Below, piece by piece: positions 29,827-37,903 of a DNA stretch of 37,903 nucleotides (positions within the stretch are counted from its first letter, which is position 1; every line of letters begins with the position of its first letter). A program made the translations under genes and the position numbers. The stretch spans positions 1 through 37,903 of the forward strand of contig JAFQIC010000042.1 of assembly GCA_017397745.1 (NCBI GenBank). The letters are read 5' to 3'. The notes beneath the pieces are model-generated. The model made no database searches and was not told the DNA's origin. It was given only the letters and a program-made list of their open reading frames with translations. Origin of the DNA: Bacilli bacterium. Its GTDB lineage: Bacteria > Bacillota_I > Bacilli_A > RF39 > UBA660.

Positions 29827-30072
29827 ACAAGTATATCTTATTTTTTATCAAGTTATTATTTATACACAAACGAATACTATTGGACAATGTCGCCGTATAG
29901 CTTCGGTAGCTCGACTGCGGGTGTGTTCTATGTCTATTCTGCGGGCTACTTGTACAACAGCTATGTGTACAACGCACGCGCGGTCGTGCCTGTAGTTTCC
30001 TTAAAAGCTGAAGCCACAGTAAAAAGTGGAACAGGACTATATAATGATCCATACATTATCTTAACAGAATGA
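29827..30072 (+). pseudogene. Start-less C-terminal cassette of a DGR-target-like (C-type-lectin-like) protein
   Basis: Open frame after TAA 29824-29826: TSISYFLSSYYLYTNEYYWTMSPYSFGSSTAGVFYVYSAGYLYNSYVYNARAVVPVVSLKAEATVKSGTGLYNDPYIILTE*; no RBS before the internal Met. Confidence 0.7.
29881..30000 (+). other. Putative DGR variable region (VR) with GC-rich IMH-like 3' end
   Basis: 64/120 G+C (53%); only 1 of 34 codons from 29890 ends in A; many NNY codons between adenine-free scaffold codons; ends GCGGTCGTGCCTGTAGTTTCC. Confidence 0.72.
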
Positions 30073-30075
30073 TAC

Positions 30076-30104
30076 AAGGTATTTGTAAATAAATATCTTT
30101 TTTT
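30076..30104 (+). terminator. Hairpin/terminator after the VR cassette
   Basis: AAGGTATTT-gtaaat-AAATATCTT followed by a T run. Confidence 0.5.
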
Positions 30105-30148
30105 ATGATGAAAAAAATGATATAATTTTTACTCGAGAAGGTGATATT

Positions 30149-31555
30149 GTGAAACTACCTAATATGCTTGAAGCTAAGAAAAGGACAACTGCTATACCAA
30201 AGTTTTTTGATTATGAGGATAATAAAAGTAAATTTGGACTTGGTAAAAAATATTTTATAAGAACATATGGTTGTCAAATGAATGAACATGATTCTGAAAA
30301 TATAAAAGGACTTTTAGAAAGTGCTGGTTTTAGTGAGTCAGAAGATTTAAATAGTAGTGATGTTGTGATAATGAATACATGTGCAATTAGAGAAAATGCT
30401 CATAATAAAGTTTTTGGATTTTTAGGACAAATGAAAAAACTTAAAGAAGTTAATCCTAACATAATTGTATGCATATGTGGATGCATGGCACAAGAAAAAT
30501 CTGTAGTAGATGAAATAATGAAAAAATATAGATGGGTTGATTTAGTATTTGGAACACATAATTTAAATGAAATGCTTTCTTATTTAGAAAAGAATATAAT
30601 AAATAAAGAAAAAATAATAGAAGTAGAAAGTATAGAAGGAAATGTTTGTGAAGGTCTTCCAGTAAAAAGAGACAGTAAAATTACTGCTTGGGTAAATATA
30701 ATTCTTGGTTGTGATAAATTTTGTACATATTGTATTGTACCTTATACTAGAGGTAAGCAAAGAAGTAGAAAAAAAGAAGATATTATCAATGAAATTATTG
30801 AATTAAAAGAAAGTGGATATAAGGAAGTAACACTTTTAGGACAAAATGTTAATGCTTATGGAAAAGATTTATATGATAACTATGACTTATCCGATCTTTT
30901 AAATGATGTCAGTAACATAGGTATAGAAAGAATAAGATTTGTTACTAGTCATCCTTGGGATTTTACTGATAGAATGATTGAAATAATAAAAACAAAAGAA
31001 AATGTAATGCCTTATGTACATCTTCCAATTCAGTCTGGAAGTAATAGGATTTTAAAATTAATGGGAAGAAGATATACTAAGGAAGAATATTTAAAATTAT
31101 TTGATAAATTATCAGATATTGAAAATATTTCTATTACTACAGATATAATAGTGGGATTTCCTGGTGAAACAGAAGAAGATTTTAATGAAACTATAGATGT
31201 TGTAAACAAATGTAAGTTTGATGGCGCATATACATTTATATTTTCTCCTAGAGAAAATACACCAGCTGCATTAATGGAAGACAATATAAGCGAAGAAGAA
31301 AAAAATAATAGGCTTCAAAGACTTAATAAAATTGTTAATAAGTATAGTAATGAAAATAATAAAAAATATATGGGTAAAATCGTTAAATGTTTAATCTTAG
31401 GTGAAAGTGAAAAAGATCCATGTAAAATAATGGGTTATACTGAAAATATGAAACTAGTTAATATTGAAGGGGATAAATCATTAATTGGTAAAATTGTAAA
31501 TGTAAAAATAACAGATGCCAAAAGTTTTAGTTTAGATGGAAAAATTGAAGAATAA
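30149..31555 (+). CDS. miaB: tRNA-2-methylthio-N6-dimethylallyladenosine synthase
   Basis: TYGCQMNEHDSE, NTCAIRENA, CGCMAQ, radical SAM CDKFCTYC, DIIVGFPGET, C-terminal TRAM domain. Confidence 0.96.
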   Translation: MKLPNMLEAKKRTTAIPKFFDYEDNKSKFGLGKKYFIRTYGCQMNEHDSENIKGLLESAGFSESEDLNSSDVVIMNTCAIRENAHNKVFGFLGQMKKLKEVNPNIIVCICGCMAQEKSVVDEIMKKYRWVDLVFGTHNLNEMLSYLEKNIINKEKIIEVESIEGNVCEGLPVKRDSKITAWVNIILGCDKFCTYCIVPYTRGKQRSRKKEDIINEIIELKESGYKEVTLLGQNVNAYGKDLYDNYDLSDLLNDVSNIGIERIRFVTSHPWDFTDRMIEIIKTKENVMPYVHLPIQSGSNRILKLMGRRYTKEEYLKLFDKLSDIENISITTDIIVGFPGETEEDFNETIDVVNKCKFDGAYTFIFSPRENTPAALMEDNISEEEKNNRLQRLNKIVNKYSNENNKKYMGKIVKCLILGESEKDPCKIMGYTENMKLVNIEGDKSLIGKIVNVKITDAKSFSLDGKIEE

Positions 31556-31608
31556 AAATTTTATTCTTTTTTTTATGAAAACAAATATAATTTATTAAAA
31601 GGGGGTTT

Positions 31609-32802
31609 ATGAAATATTTAAAGAATTATAAGTTTTCTATTATTTTAATAATATCAATTACATTAGGATGCTTATCAGGAGTATATTTTAAAGATTTTAG
31701 TTCGTCTATAAGTCCACTTGGTGATTTATTTTTAAACATGCTTTGTACAGTAGTTGTTCCTTTAGTATTTTTTACAATTTCTAGTAGCATAGCAAATATG
31801 AAAAGTATTAAAAAAATTAATAAAATTTTAAGAAAGATGTTTTTAATATTTATTGTAACTAGTTTAATTGCGAGTATATTTATGCTTTTAGCTATTTATA
31901 TATATAATCCTGTAGAAGGATCAAATATTAAACTAGTAGAAGGAACAAAAGAAAGTGTAAATGTATTTAGTTCAATTGTCAGTGCAATAAGTGTAAATGA
32001 TTTTAGTGAAATACTTTCTAAAAATCACATGCTTCCACTAATAATATTTACCATTTGTTTTGGACTTGCAGTTAATCTAACTGAAAAAGAAGATAAAAGA
32101 ATTTCAAGTTTTTTAAAGAAAATGTCTGATGTATTTATGAGAATAGTAAAATGGATAATGTATTATGCACCAATAGGTTTGTTTTCATATTTTGCTGTTC
32201 TAGTTTCAACATATGGTCCTGAAATAATTGGAAGTTACGCTAAAAGTTTGATTATGTATTTTATAGTATGTGTATTATATTTTCTTATATTTTATACAAT
32301 TTATGCTTTTATTTCTGATGGAAAAAATGGAGTAAAGAAATTTTATAGATATATTCTTGAACCAATTCTTGTATCTTTCGGAACACAAAGTTCACTTGCA
32401 ACGCTTCCTACTAATATGAAAGCAGCAGAAGAAATAGGGATAAGCGAAGATGTTAGAAATGTAACACTTCCTGTAGGAGCAACTATACATATGGAAGGTT
32501 CTTCGATGGCAGCTATTTTAAAAATATTTTTCTTATTATCTATTTTTGGAACAGGCTTTGATAGTTTTGGTTCAATAATTATAGCTTTAACAGTTGCTGT
32601 TTTAAGTGGCGTAGTTATGTCAGGAATACCAGGTGGTGGACTTCTTGGAGAAATGCTTATTATAAGTTTATATAATTTTCCTATAACTGCTTTTCCAATA
32701 ATTGCGACTATTGGATGGATTGTTGATCCACCAGCAACTTCGATAAATGTTTGTGGAGATACTGCGAGTGCTATGCTTATAGATAAATATATCAAATCAT
32801 AA
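31609..32802 (+). CDS. Dicarboxylate/amino acid:cation symporter (DAACS family)
   Basis: VVPLVF, YAPIG, FGTQSSLATLP, LPVGATIHMEG, GIPGGG, TSINVCGD. Confidence 0.92.
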   Translation: MKYLKNYKFSIILIISITLGCLSGVYFKDFSSSISPLGDLFLNMLCTVVVPLVFFTISSSIANMKSIKKINKILRKMFLIFIVTSLIASIFMLLAIYIYNPVEGSNIKLVEGTKESVNVFSSIVSAISVNDFSEILSKNHMLPLIIFTICFGLAVNLTEKEDKRISSFLKKMSDVFMRIVKWIMYYAPIGLFSYFAVLVSTYGPEIIGSYAKSLIMYFIVCVLYFLIFYTIYAFISDGKNGVKKFYRYILEPILVSFGTQSSLATLPTNMKAAEEIGISEDVRNVTLPVGATIHMEGSSMAAILKIFFLLSIFGTGFDSFGSIIIALTVAVLSGVVMSGIPGGGLLGEMLIISLYNFPITAFPIIATIGWIVDPPATSINVCGDTASAMLIDKYIKS

Positions 32803-32852
32803 AAATATAAAAACTAGTTCAATAAAATGGATTAGTTTTTTAATGTTTAGTA

Positions 32853-32880
32853 ACTTTTATATAGGCTATAGCATAAAATA
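32853..32880 (+). promoter_or_regulatory. SigK/SigE-like promoter of cotE
   Basis: AC-17 bp-CATAAAATA. Confidence 0.45.
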
Positions 32881-32899
32881 AAAAAGAGGAGGAGACTAA

Positions 32900-33442
32900 A
32901 TGCCTACATATAAAGAAATAGTAACGAAAGCGGTTATAGGGAAAGGAAAAAAATTATTTAAAGACACTTATGATCTTTATATTGAAGATAACGTTGATAC
33001 AGTACTTGGTTGCTGGGTAATAAATCATGAAATGTCAGGAAGAAATGATAAAGGGTCTGTTTTAATAACTGGATCTTTTGATGTGAATATTTGGTATAGT
33101 TATGATAATAATACCAAAACAAGTGTAGCAATTAAAAAAATACATTACAAAGAAAATGTAAATGTGAGACTGAAAGAAGCATCTACATTAACTGATAATT
33201 CAGAAATTATAATTAGAAGTTTAAAAAATCCTACATGCACAGATGTTAAAAGTAATGAAAAGAAAATAATATATGATATAGAAAAAGAACTAGGAATTGA
33301 AATAATTGGAGATGCAAAAGTAAAAATAGCTATAGAAGATGATTTTGATGACTACGAAATAATAGAAGAAGATAATAAAAATATAAATAAAATAATGAAT
33401 GATATAGATAATAATATAAATGAAGATTATTTAAAAAACTAA
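32900..33442 (+). CDS. cotE: Outer spore coat morphogenetic protein CotE
   Basis: YKEIVTKAVIGKGKK, VLGCWVINH, GSFDVNIWYSYDNNTKT, acidic C-terminus; near miaB as in Bacillus. Confidence 0.9.
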   Translation: MPTYKEIVTKAVIGKGKKLFKDTYDLYIEDNVDTVLGCWVINHEMSGRNDKGSVLITGSFDVNIWYSYDNNTKTSVAIKKIHYKENVNVRLKEASTLTDNSEIIIRSLKNPTCTDVKSNEKKIIYDIEKELGIEIIGDAKVKIAIEDDFDDYEIIEEDNKNINKIMNDIDNNINEDYLKN

Positions 33443-33443
33443 A

Positions 33444-33468
33444 GTCAACCAAAAAAGGTTGACATTTT
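33444..33468 (+). terminator. cotE terminator hairpin containing the rpsP -35 box
   Basis: GTCAACC-aaaaaa-GGTTGAC then ATTTT. Confidence 0.55.
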
Positions 33469-33487
33469 ATATTATATGATGTAATAT
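33459..33487 (+). promoter_or_regulatory. SigA promoter of rpsP
   Basis: TTGACA-17 bp-TAATAT. Confidence 0.6.
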
Positions 33488-33512
33488 TATTAAACAGAAG
33501 GAGAAAAATATT

Positions 33513-33779
33513 ATGGTAAAATTAAGATTAACTAGATTAGGTGCTAAAAAAAGACCTTATTACCGCGTTGTAGCAGCTGATAGTCATAACAAAAGAGATG
33601 GAAAAGTTATAGACTTAATAGGAACTTATAGTCCCCTTGAAGAAGTGAAATACAACATCGATGAAGAAAAAGCTTTAAGTTGGCTTAAAAAAGGAGCACA
33701 ACCAACTGATACTGTAAGAAGTTTATTTAGTAAAGTTGGTATTATGGAAAAATTCCATAATTCAAGTAAAAATAAATAA
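33513..33779 (+). CDS. rpsP: 30S ribosomal protein S16
   Basis: [23 protein letters not shown]...RDG...[11 protein letters not shown]. Confidence 0.98.
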   Translation: MVKLRLTRLGAKKRPYYRVVAADSHNKRDGKVIDLIGTYSPLEEVKYNIDEEKALSWLKKGAQPTDTVRSLFSKVGIMEKFHNSSKNK

Positions 33780-34021
33780 TGAATTTAGTAGAATTTTCAG
33801 AATTTCTAGTGACTCGTCTTGCAAAAGAATCTGATTTAGTAAAAGTAAAAGATTTTGAAACAGAAGAAGGACTAATTATTCAAATATTAGTTAGTGAATC
33901 TGATATGGGTAGAGTTATTGGTAAAAAAGGAAAAATAGCAAATTCTATTAAGACACTTATTCAAGCAAAAGCTTATAACGATGGAATAAAGAATATAAAA
34001 ATTAATATTGATTCTTTTTAA
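33779..34021 (+). CDS. khpA: KH-domain RNA-binding protein KhpA
   Basis: DMGRVIGKKGK; directly after rpsP. Confidence 0.92.
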   Translation: MNLVEFSEFLVTRLAKESDLVKVKDFETEEGLIIQILVSESDMGRVIGKKGKIANSIKTLIQAKAYNDGIKNIKINIDSF

Positions 34022-34112
34022 ACTAATAAAACATACTTTATTAGTTTTTTTGATACTTATTATTTATTTGACATAAATATTTAGTAAATATATAATTTAA
34101 TTGGAGGAAAAT

Positions 34113-35033
34113 ATGAAAAAATGTGCTTTTATATATAATCCAGAAAGTGGACACTTAAAAAATAAAAGATTAATATATAAAATGATGGATGTACTTAAAA
34201 CTTATGATTATATGACTGATTTATATAAAACAGAATATCCAAAACATGCAGAGAAAATAGTAAAAGATTTAGAATATTATGATTTGGTTATATGTGCAGG
34301 TGGTGATGGTACTTTAAATGAAGCGATAGAGGGTAATATAAAAAGAGAAAGAAGACTTTTACTAGCACATTTACCATTTGGAACTTCTAATGATGTTGGT
34401 CATATGTATGGATACTCTAAAAATCATTTAAAAGATTTGCATATGCTTTTAAAAGGTGATATTAAAAATGTAGATGTATGTAAAATTAACGATAAATATT
34501 TTATATACGTTGCTTGCTTTGGTAATTTTATAGATGTAAGTTTTAAAACTCCTAGAAAGTGGAAAAAACAATATGGTCGCCTTGCATATATATATTATGG
34601 TGTTCAAAAACTTGCAAAAGAAATAAATACAACAAAAATAAAATATACAATAGACGGAGAAGTTAAAGAAGGAGACTATTCTTTTATATTTGTAACTAAT
34701 AGTAGTAGAGTGGCTGGTGTTAATAATCTTTACAGAGATGTTAAACTTGATGATAACATGTTTGAAGTAGCACTTTGTAAATCTAAAAATAGAAGAGAAT
34801 TGTTTGGAGTACTTAGTCAACTTTTAGTAACAAGTATTGATAAAATAGAAGGATTTGAATATTATAGAACAAATAATTTTAAGATAGAATTTGAAAATAT
34901 TTCAGAAAATTCTTGGGGTGTTGATGGAGAAGAATATCATACTAAATCAAATTATTTTGATTTTACAATTACAAAAGAAGTGCAAATGATGCTTCCTAAA
35001 AAAAATTTTAACAAATTATTCGAAGACAAATAA
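34113..35033 (+). CDS. Diacylglycerol/lipid kinase family protein (DgkB/YegS-like)
   Basis: YNPESG, GGDGTLNE, PFGTSND, VDGE; GGAGG RBS favours ATG 34113. Confidence 0.9.
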   Translation: MKKCAFIYNPESGHLKNKRLIYKMMDVLKTYDYMTDLYKTEYPKHAEKIVKDLEYYDLVICAGGDGTLNEAIEGNIKRERRLLLAHLPFGTSNDVGHMYGYSKNHLKDLHMLLKGDIKNVDVCKINDKYFIYVACFGNFIDVSFKTPRKWKKQYGRLAYIYYGVQKLAKEINTTKIKYTIDGEVKEGDYSFIFVTNSSRVAGVNNLYRDVKLDDNMFEVALCKSKNRRELFGVLSQLLVTSIDKIEGFEYYRTNNFKIEFENISENSWGVDGEEYHTKSNYFDFTITKEVQMMLPKKNFNKLFEDK

Positions 35034-35064
35034 AAAACTCATAGTTTAAATTTATGAGTTTTTT
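35032..35064. terminator. Bidirectional terminator between convergent genes
   Basis: AAAAAACTCATA...TATGAGTTTTTT. Confidence 0.75.
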
Positions 35065-35066
35065 AT

Positions 35067-35270
35067 TTATTTTCTATCGTTAATAGGCATCAATAGTAAA
35101 CCGATATTAATAATACCAGCTAAACCTACAAGAGAATATATTAATCTAGTGACAAGTTCACCATCTCCAAATAGAGCCGCTACAAGGTCAAAATCAAATA
35201 AACCGATCATTCCCCAGTTTAAAGCACCTATTATAGTTATCCCTAGACATATTTTTTGTAATGTTTCCAT
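35067..35270 (-). CDS. DUF378 (YuzA-like) small membrane protein
   Basis: IIGALNWGMIGLFDFDLVAALFG...RLIYSLVGLAG; AAGGAGG RBS. Confidence 0.9.
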   Translation of the reverse strand: METLQKICLGITIIGALNWGMIGLFDFDLVAALFGDGELVTRLIYSLVGLAGIINIGLLLMPINDRK

Positions 35271-35371
35271 CTACTCGTCCTCCTTACTACTATAGTTTAA
35301 ACAATTTTTTGTTAATTATTCATATATTATTAACATTTCAATATAATTAACTATGAATAGGGAGGAAAAAG

Positions 35372-36361
35372 TTGAAAAAGATATTTTTATTAACAATAAT
35401 GTGTTTATTATTTGTGGGATGTGGTAAATCAAATGAAGAGGATATACTTAAAAATTATCAAAAGAAACTAGATAATTCAAAAAGTTATACTTTAGATGCA
35501 AAAATGGAAATTTTTAGTAATGAAGAAAGTTATAACTATGATGTTAATGTTACTTATAAGGAAGGAGACTTTTATAAAGTATCACTTATAAACACTGAAA
35601 ATTCTCATGAACAAATTATTTTAAAAAATGAAGATGGAGTTTATGTTATAACACCGGCATTAAATAAAAGCTTTAAATTTCAAAGTGAGTGGCCATATAA
35701 TAGTAGTCAATCATATATTCTAAGTTCAGTTATAAAAGATTTATCAGCAGATTCTGATAGAACATATGAAGAAAAAAATGATAAATATATTTATACTAGT
35801 AAAGTGGACTATCCAAATAATAGTAGCCTTGTAAAACAAAAAGTAACATTTAATAAAGATATGGAAATACAAAAAATTGAAGTTTTAGATTCAAAAGATA
35901 AATCACAAATAATAGTTGATATAATTAAAGTAGATTATAAAACAAATCCTGATAAAGAATATTTTGCTTTAGAAAATAATATAGATGATGAATGTTGTGA
36001 AGATGAAAATGTAAGTCAATCTATAGAAGATGTTGTTTATCCAATGTATTTACCCGCAAATACTGTATATGAAGGTGAAGAAAAATTAAATAATAATGAA
36101 CAAGAAAGAGTAATACTTACTTTTTCTGGAGAAAAACCTTTTATTCTAGTAGAAGAAACTACTTCTGTTTCAAAAGAATTCGAAGTAAATCAAACAGGTG
36201 CAGAACTTGTATTCTATGAGAATATAGTAGGAAATCTAACGGACACATCACTTTCTTGGCATGAAAATGGAATTGATTACTATATAGTAGGTCAAAATTT
36301 ATCTAGCGAAGAACTTCTTCAAATAGCATCATCAACCACAACGGTAGCAATAACTAAATAG
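35372..36361 (+). CDS. YdcC-like lipoprotein (LolA-like fold), sporulation-associated family
   Basis: Lipobox FVGC; QIILKNEDGVYVITPALNKSFKFQSEWPYNSSQSY; GEKPFILVEE. Confidence 0.8.
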   Translation: MKKIFLLTIMCLLFVGCGKSNEEDILKNYQKKLDNSKSYTLDAKMEIFSNEESYNYDVNVTYKEGDFYKVSLINTENSHEQIILKNEDGVYVITPALNKSFKFQSEWPYNSSQSYILSSVIKDLSADSDRTYEEKNDKYIYTSKVDYPNNSSLVKQKVTFNKDMEIQKIEVLDSKDKSQIIVDIIKVDYKTNPDKEYFALENNIDDECCEDENVSQSIEDVVYPMYLPANTVYEGEEKLNNNEQERVILTFSGEKPFILVEETTSVSKEFEVNQTGAELVFYENIVGNLTDTSLSWHENGIDYYIVGQNLSSEELLQIASSTTTVAITK

Positions 36362-36460
36362 AAGATTTTAACATTCTTCTTTTTCTTTTTTTAATAAAAT
36401 TATTAAATTTGCTTAAAAAGTTTAAATTTGTATGATAAAATTAAAAAGGAGAGTGAATTT

Positions 36461-37033
36461 ATGGCAAATAGAGAACAAAAAAGAAAAATGGAAAAAAAGA
36501 ATAAAGAAAAAAATATAAAAAAAGAAGAGCAAAAGAAAAAAAGTTTTGTTGAAAGAAAATTTGGATTAAACGAAGAAATGGCAAGTTTTATAAATACACT
36601 TTTAGTAGTATTTATTGGATTTATTATAGTACTTTTATTAACTTTAATTATGGGTAATTTAGGAGTGTTTGATTCTGGATATACTAAACCGGTACGAGGT
36701 GAAACTGAAATTTCTTATGAAGAAATATTAGTTGGAAGTGTATTTAATAAAAATGAATCAACATATTATGTGGTATTTGATAATTTTGGAGACTCAAGCT
36801 ATGATATATATCTATCACAAAAATTAAACGAATATTCAAAAGATATACCAATATATAAGGTAGATATGACTAAAGAAATTAATGCTAAACAAAAATCAGA
36901 TATAAGTAATCCATCAGCTAATAATGTTAAAGAGTTAAAAATAAAAGTGCCTACACTAATTAAAATAGTAAATGGTACTAATAGTCTTTATATAGAAGGG
37001 ACAGAAAATATAATAAATGAACTTTTTAAATAA
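36461..37033 (+). CDS. Hypothetical single-TM protein
   Basis: AAGGAGAG RBS favours ATG 36461; basic N-terminus, TM helix, C-terminal globular domain. Confidence 0.75.
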   Translation: MANREQKRKMEKKNKEKNIKKEEQKKKSFVERKFGLNEEMASFINTLLVVFIGFIIVLLLTLIMGNLGVFDSGYTKPVRGETEISYEEILVGSVFNKNESTYYVVFDNFGDSSYDIYLSQKLNEYSKDIPIYKVDMTKEINAKQKSDISNPSANNVKELKIKVPTLIKIVNGTNSLYIEGTENIINELFK

Positions 37034-37903
37034 AAATATAATAAATGAATTAGAAAAATATGGTGAAGTAAATAAAGATGTAGATTTAAAAAAATATAAT
37101 ACTTTTAAAATATCTTCAATATGTGATTATTTAGTAATTCCAAAGAATAAAGAATCTTTAAAAAATCTTATTAAATATTTAAAAACAATAAAAAAAGAAT
37201 TTATTATTTTAGGAAATGGATCGAATGTAATATTTAAAAATAAAAGAACTAAAAAAGTCGTTATTTTACTAACTAATTTAAATAAAATAAGTTATGATCA
37301 AAATATTGTAACTGCAGAATCAGGGGTAAAACTTCCAATTTTAGTAAATGATACTTTAAATAAAGACTTACTTGGACTAGAGTGGGCTATTAACATACCT
37401 GGTACAGTAGGTGGAAGTGTTTTTGGAAATGCGGGATGTTATGGCAATGAAATAAATGAAAGATTAATAAGTGTTGAAGTATTAAAAGATAATGAATTTA
37501 AAGTCTTAAATAAAAATGAACTTTATTTTTCATATAGAGATTCAATATTCAAAAAAGAAAAAAATATGATAATTATTAGTGCATCTTTTATGCTTGAATA
37601 CGGAAGTAGTGAAAGTGTTAAAGAAGTTATAAAAGAAAGAAATATAAAAAGAAAAGAAACTCAACCACTAGAATATCCAAGTGCTGGATCTGTTTTTAGA
37701 AATCCTTTAGGAGATTATGCTGGAGCAATTATTGAAAAATTGGGATTTAAAAAATTTTCAATTAATGATGCAGAAGTTAGTGAAAAACATGCTAATTTTA
37801 TAATTAATAAAGGAAACGCTACAGGAAAAGATGTAATTAAATTAATTAAAAAAATACAAAAAAAAGCAAAACAAGAATATAATATTGATTTAATTTTAGA
37901 ACA
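37017..37903 (+). CDS. murB: UDP-N-acetylenolpyruvoylglucosamine reductase (runs off the window end; absent from the ORF track)
   Basis: ATG 37017; YNTFK, GNGSN, IPGTVGG, NAGCYG, FSYRDS, PSAGSVFRNP, SEKHANFIIN. Confidence 0.95.
   Translation, partial: MNFLNKNIINELEKYGEVNKDVDLKKYNTFKISSICDYLVIPKNKESLKNLIKYLKTIKKEFIILGNGSNVIFKNKRTKKVVILLTNLNKISYDQNIVTAESGVKLPILVNDTLNKDLLGLEWAINIPGTVGGSVFGNAGCYGNEINERLISVEVLKDNEFKVLNKNELYFSYRDSIFKKEKNMIIISASFMLEYGSSESVKEVIKERNIKRKETQPLEYPSAGSVFRNPLGDYAGAIIEKLGFKKFSINDAEVSEKHANFIINKGNATGKDVIKLIKKIQKKAKQEYNIDLILE

Noticed and set aside
25918-29853. ACTTGATAAA (25918-25927) and TTTATCAAGT (29844-29853) as inversion sites
   Set aside because: Only 10 bp and AT-rich, so plausible by chance; no invertase nearby, and inversion would flip rpoZ.
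29881-30000. GC-rich patch as tRNA, riboswitch or DGR template repeat
   Set aside because: No cloverleaf or GTTCGA motif; only two AAY codons, so it fits a variable region rather than a template.
29783-30052. Alternative-frame ORFs over the VR cassette (29783..30052 minus, full 29807..29995 plus)
   Set aside because: Probably open only because high GC removes stop codons; the 29827-30072 frame carries the recognisable motif and codon pattern.
771-34820. Short antisense and off-frame ORFs in the track (e.g. 771..986, 8734..9111, 22322..22786, 23036..23329, 32343..32795, 34449..34820)
   Set aside because: They overlap well-supported genes, lack motifs and show shadow-ORF composition.
1-37903. 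CRISPR array, tRNA/rRNA genes, transposase, integrase or reverse transcriptase
   Set aside because: None seen on either strand by reading the sequence and the ORF track.

Overview
Very AT-rich chromosomal window from a walled, apparently spore-forming low-GC Bacillota genome (murB, gpsB, cotE/cotD-like genes, B-type rnpB; an RF39/UBA660-like Bacilli lineage is an inference). Positions 1-9.6 kb are the right end of a defence island: an AbrB-family regulator, a type I RM operon (hsdM-hsdS-hsdR), a GmrSD-like DUF262/DUF1524 nuclease and a membrane protein, ending in tandem repeats beside a possible small RNA. The rest is mostly core genes: ybaK, fmt, gpsB, rnpB, rodZ-like, pgsA, recA, rny, rnj, ftsY-ylxM-ffh, rpoZ, miaB, cotE, rpsP, khpA and partial murB. 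The strongest unexplained signal is at 29,827-30,072: a start-less, 53% GC cassette with the codon signature of a diversity-generating retroelement (DGR) variable region. It lies just behind a 52-aa prepilin-like ORF missed by the ORF track, and no reverse transcriptase or template repeat is present in the window. Also notable are a decayed duplicate of the 3' end of the cotD-like gene flanking a ~1.1-kb NERD-nuclease insert, an orphan HipA-like kinase overlapping ftsY, and a Cas4-like/DUF2779 dual nuclease. All calls come from reading motifs by eye; no database searches were run.
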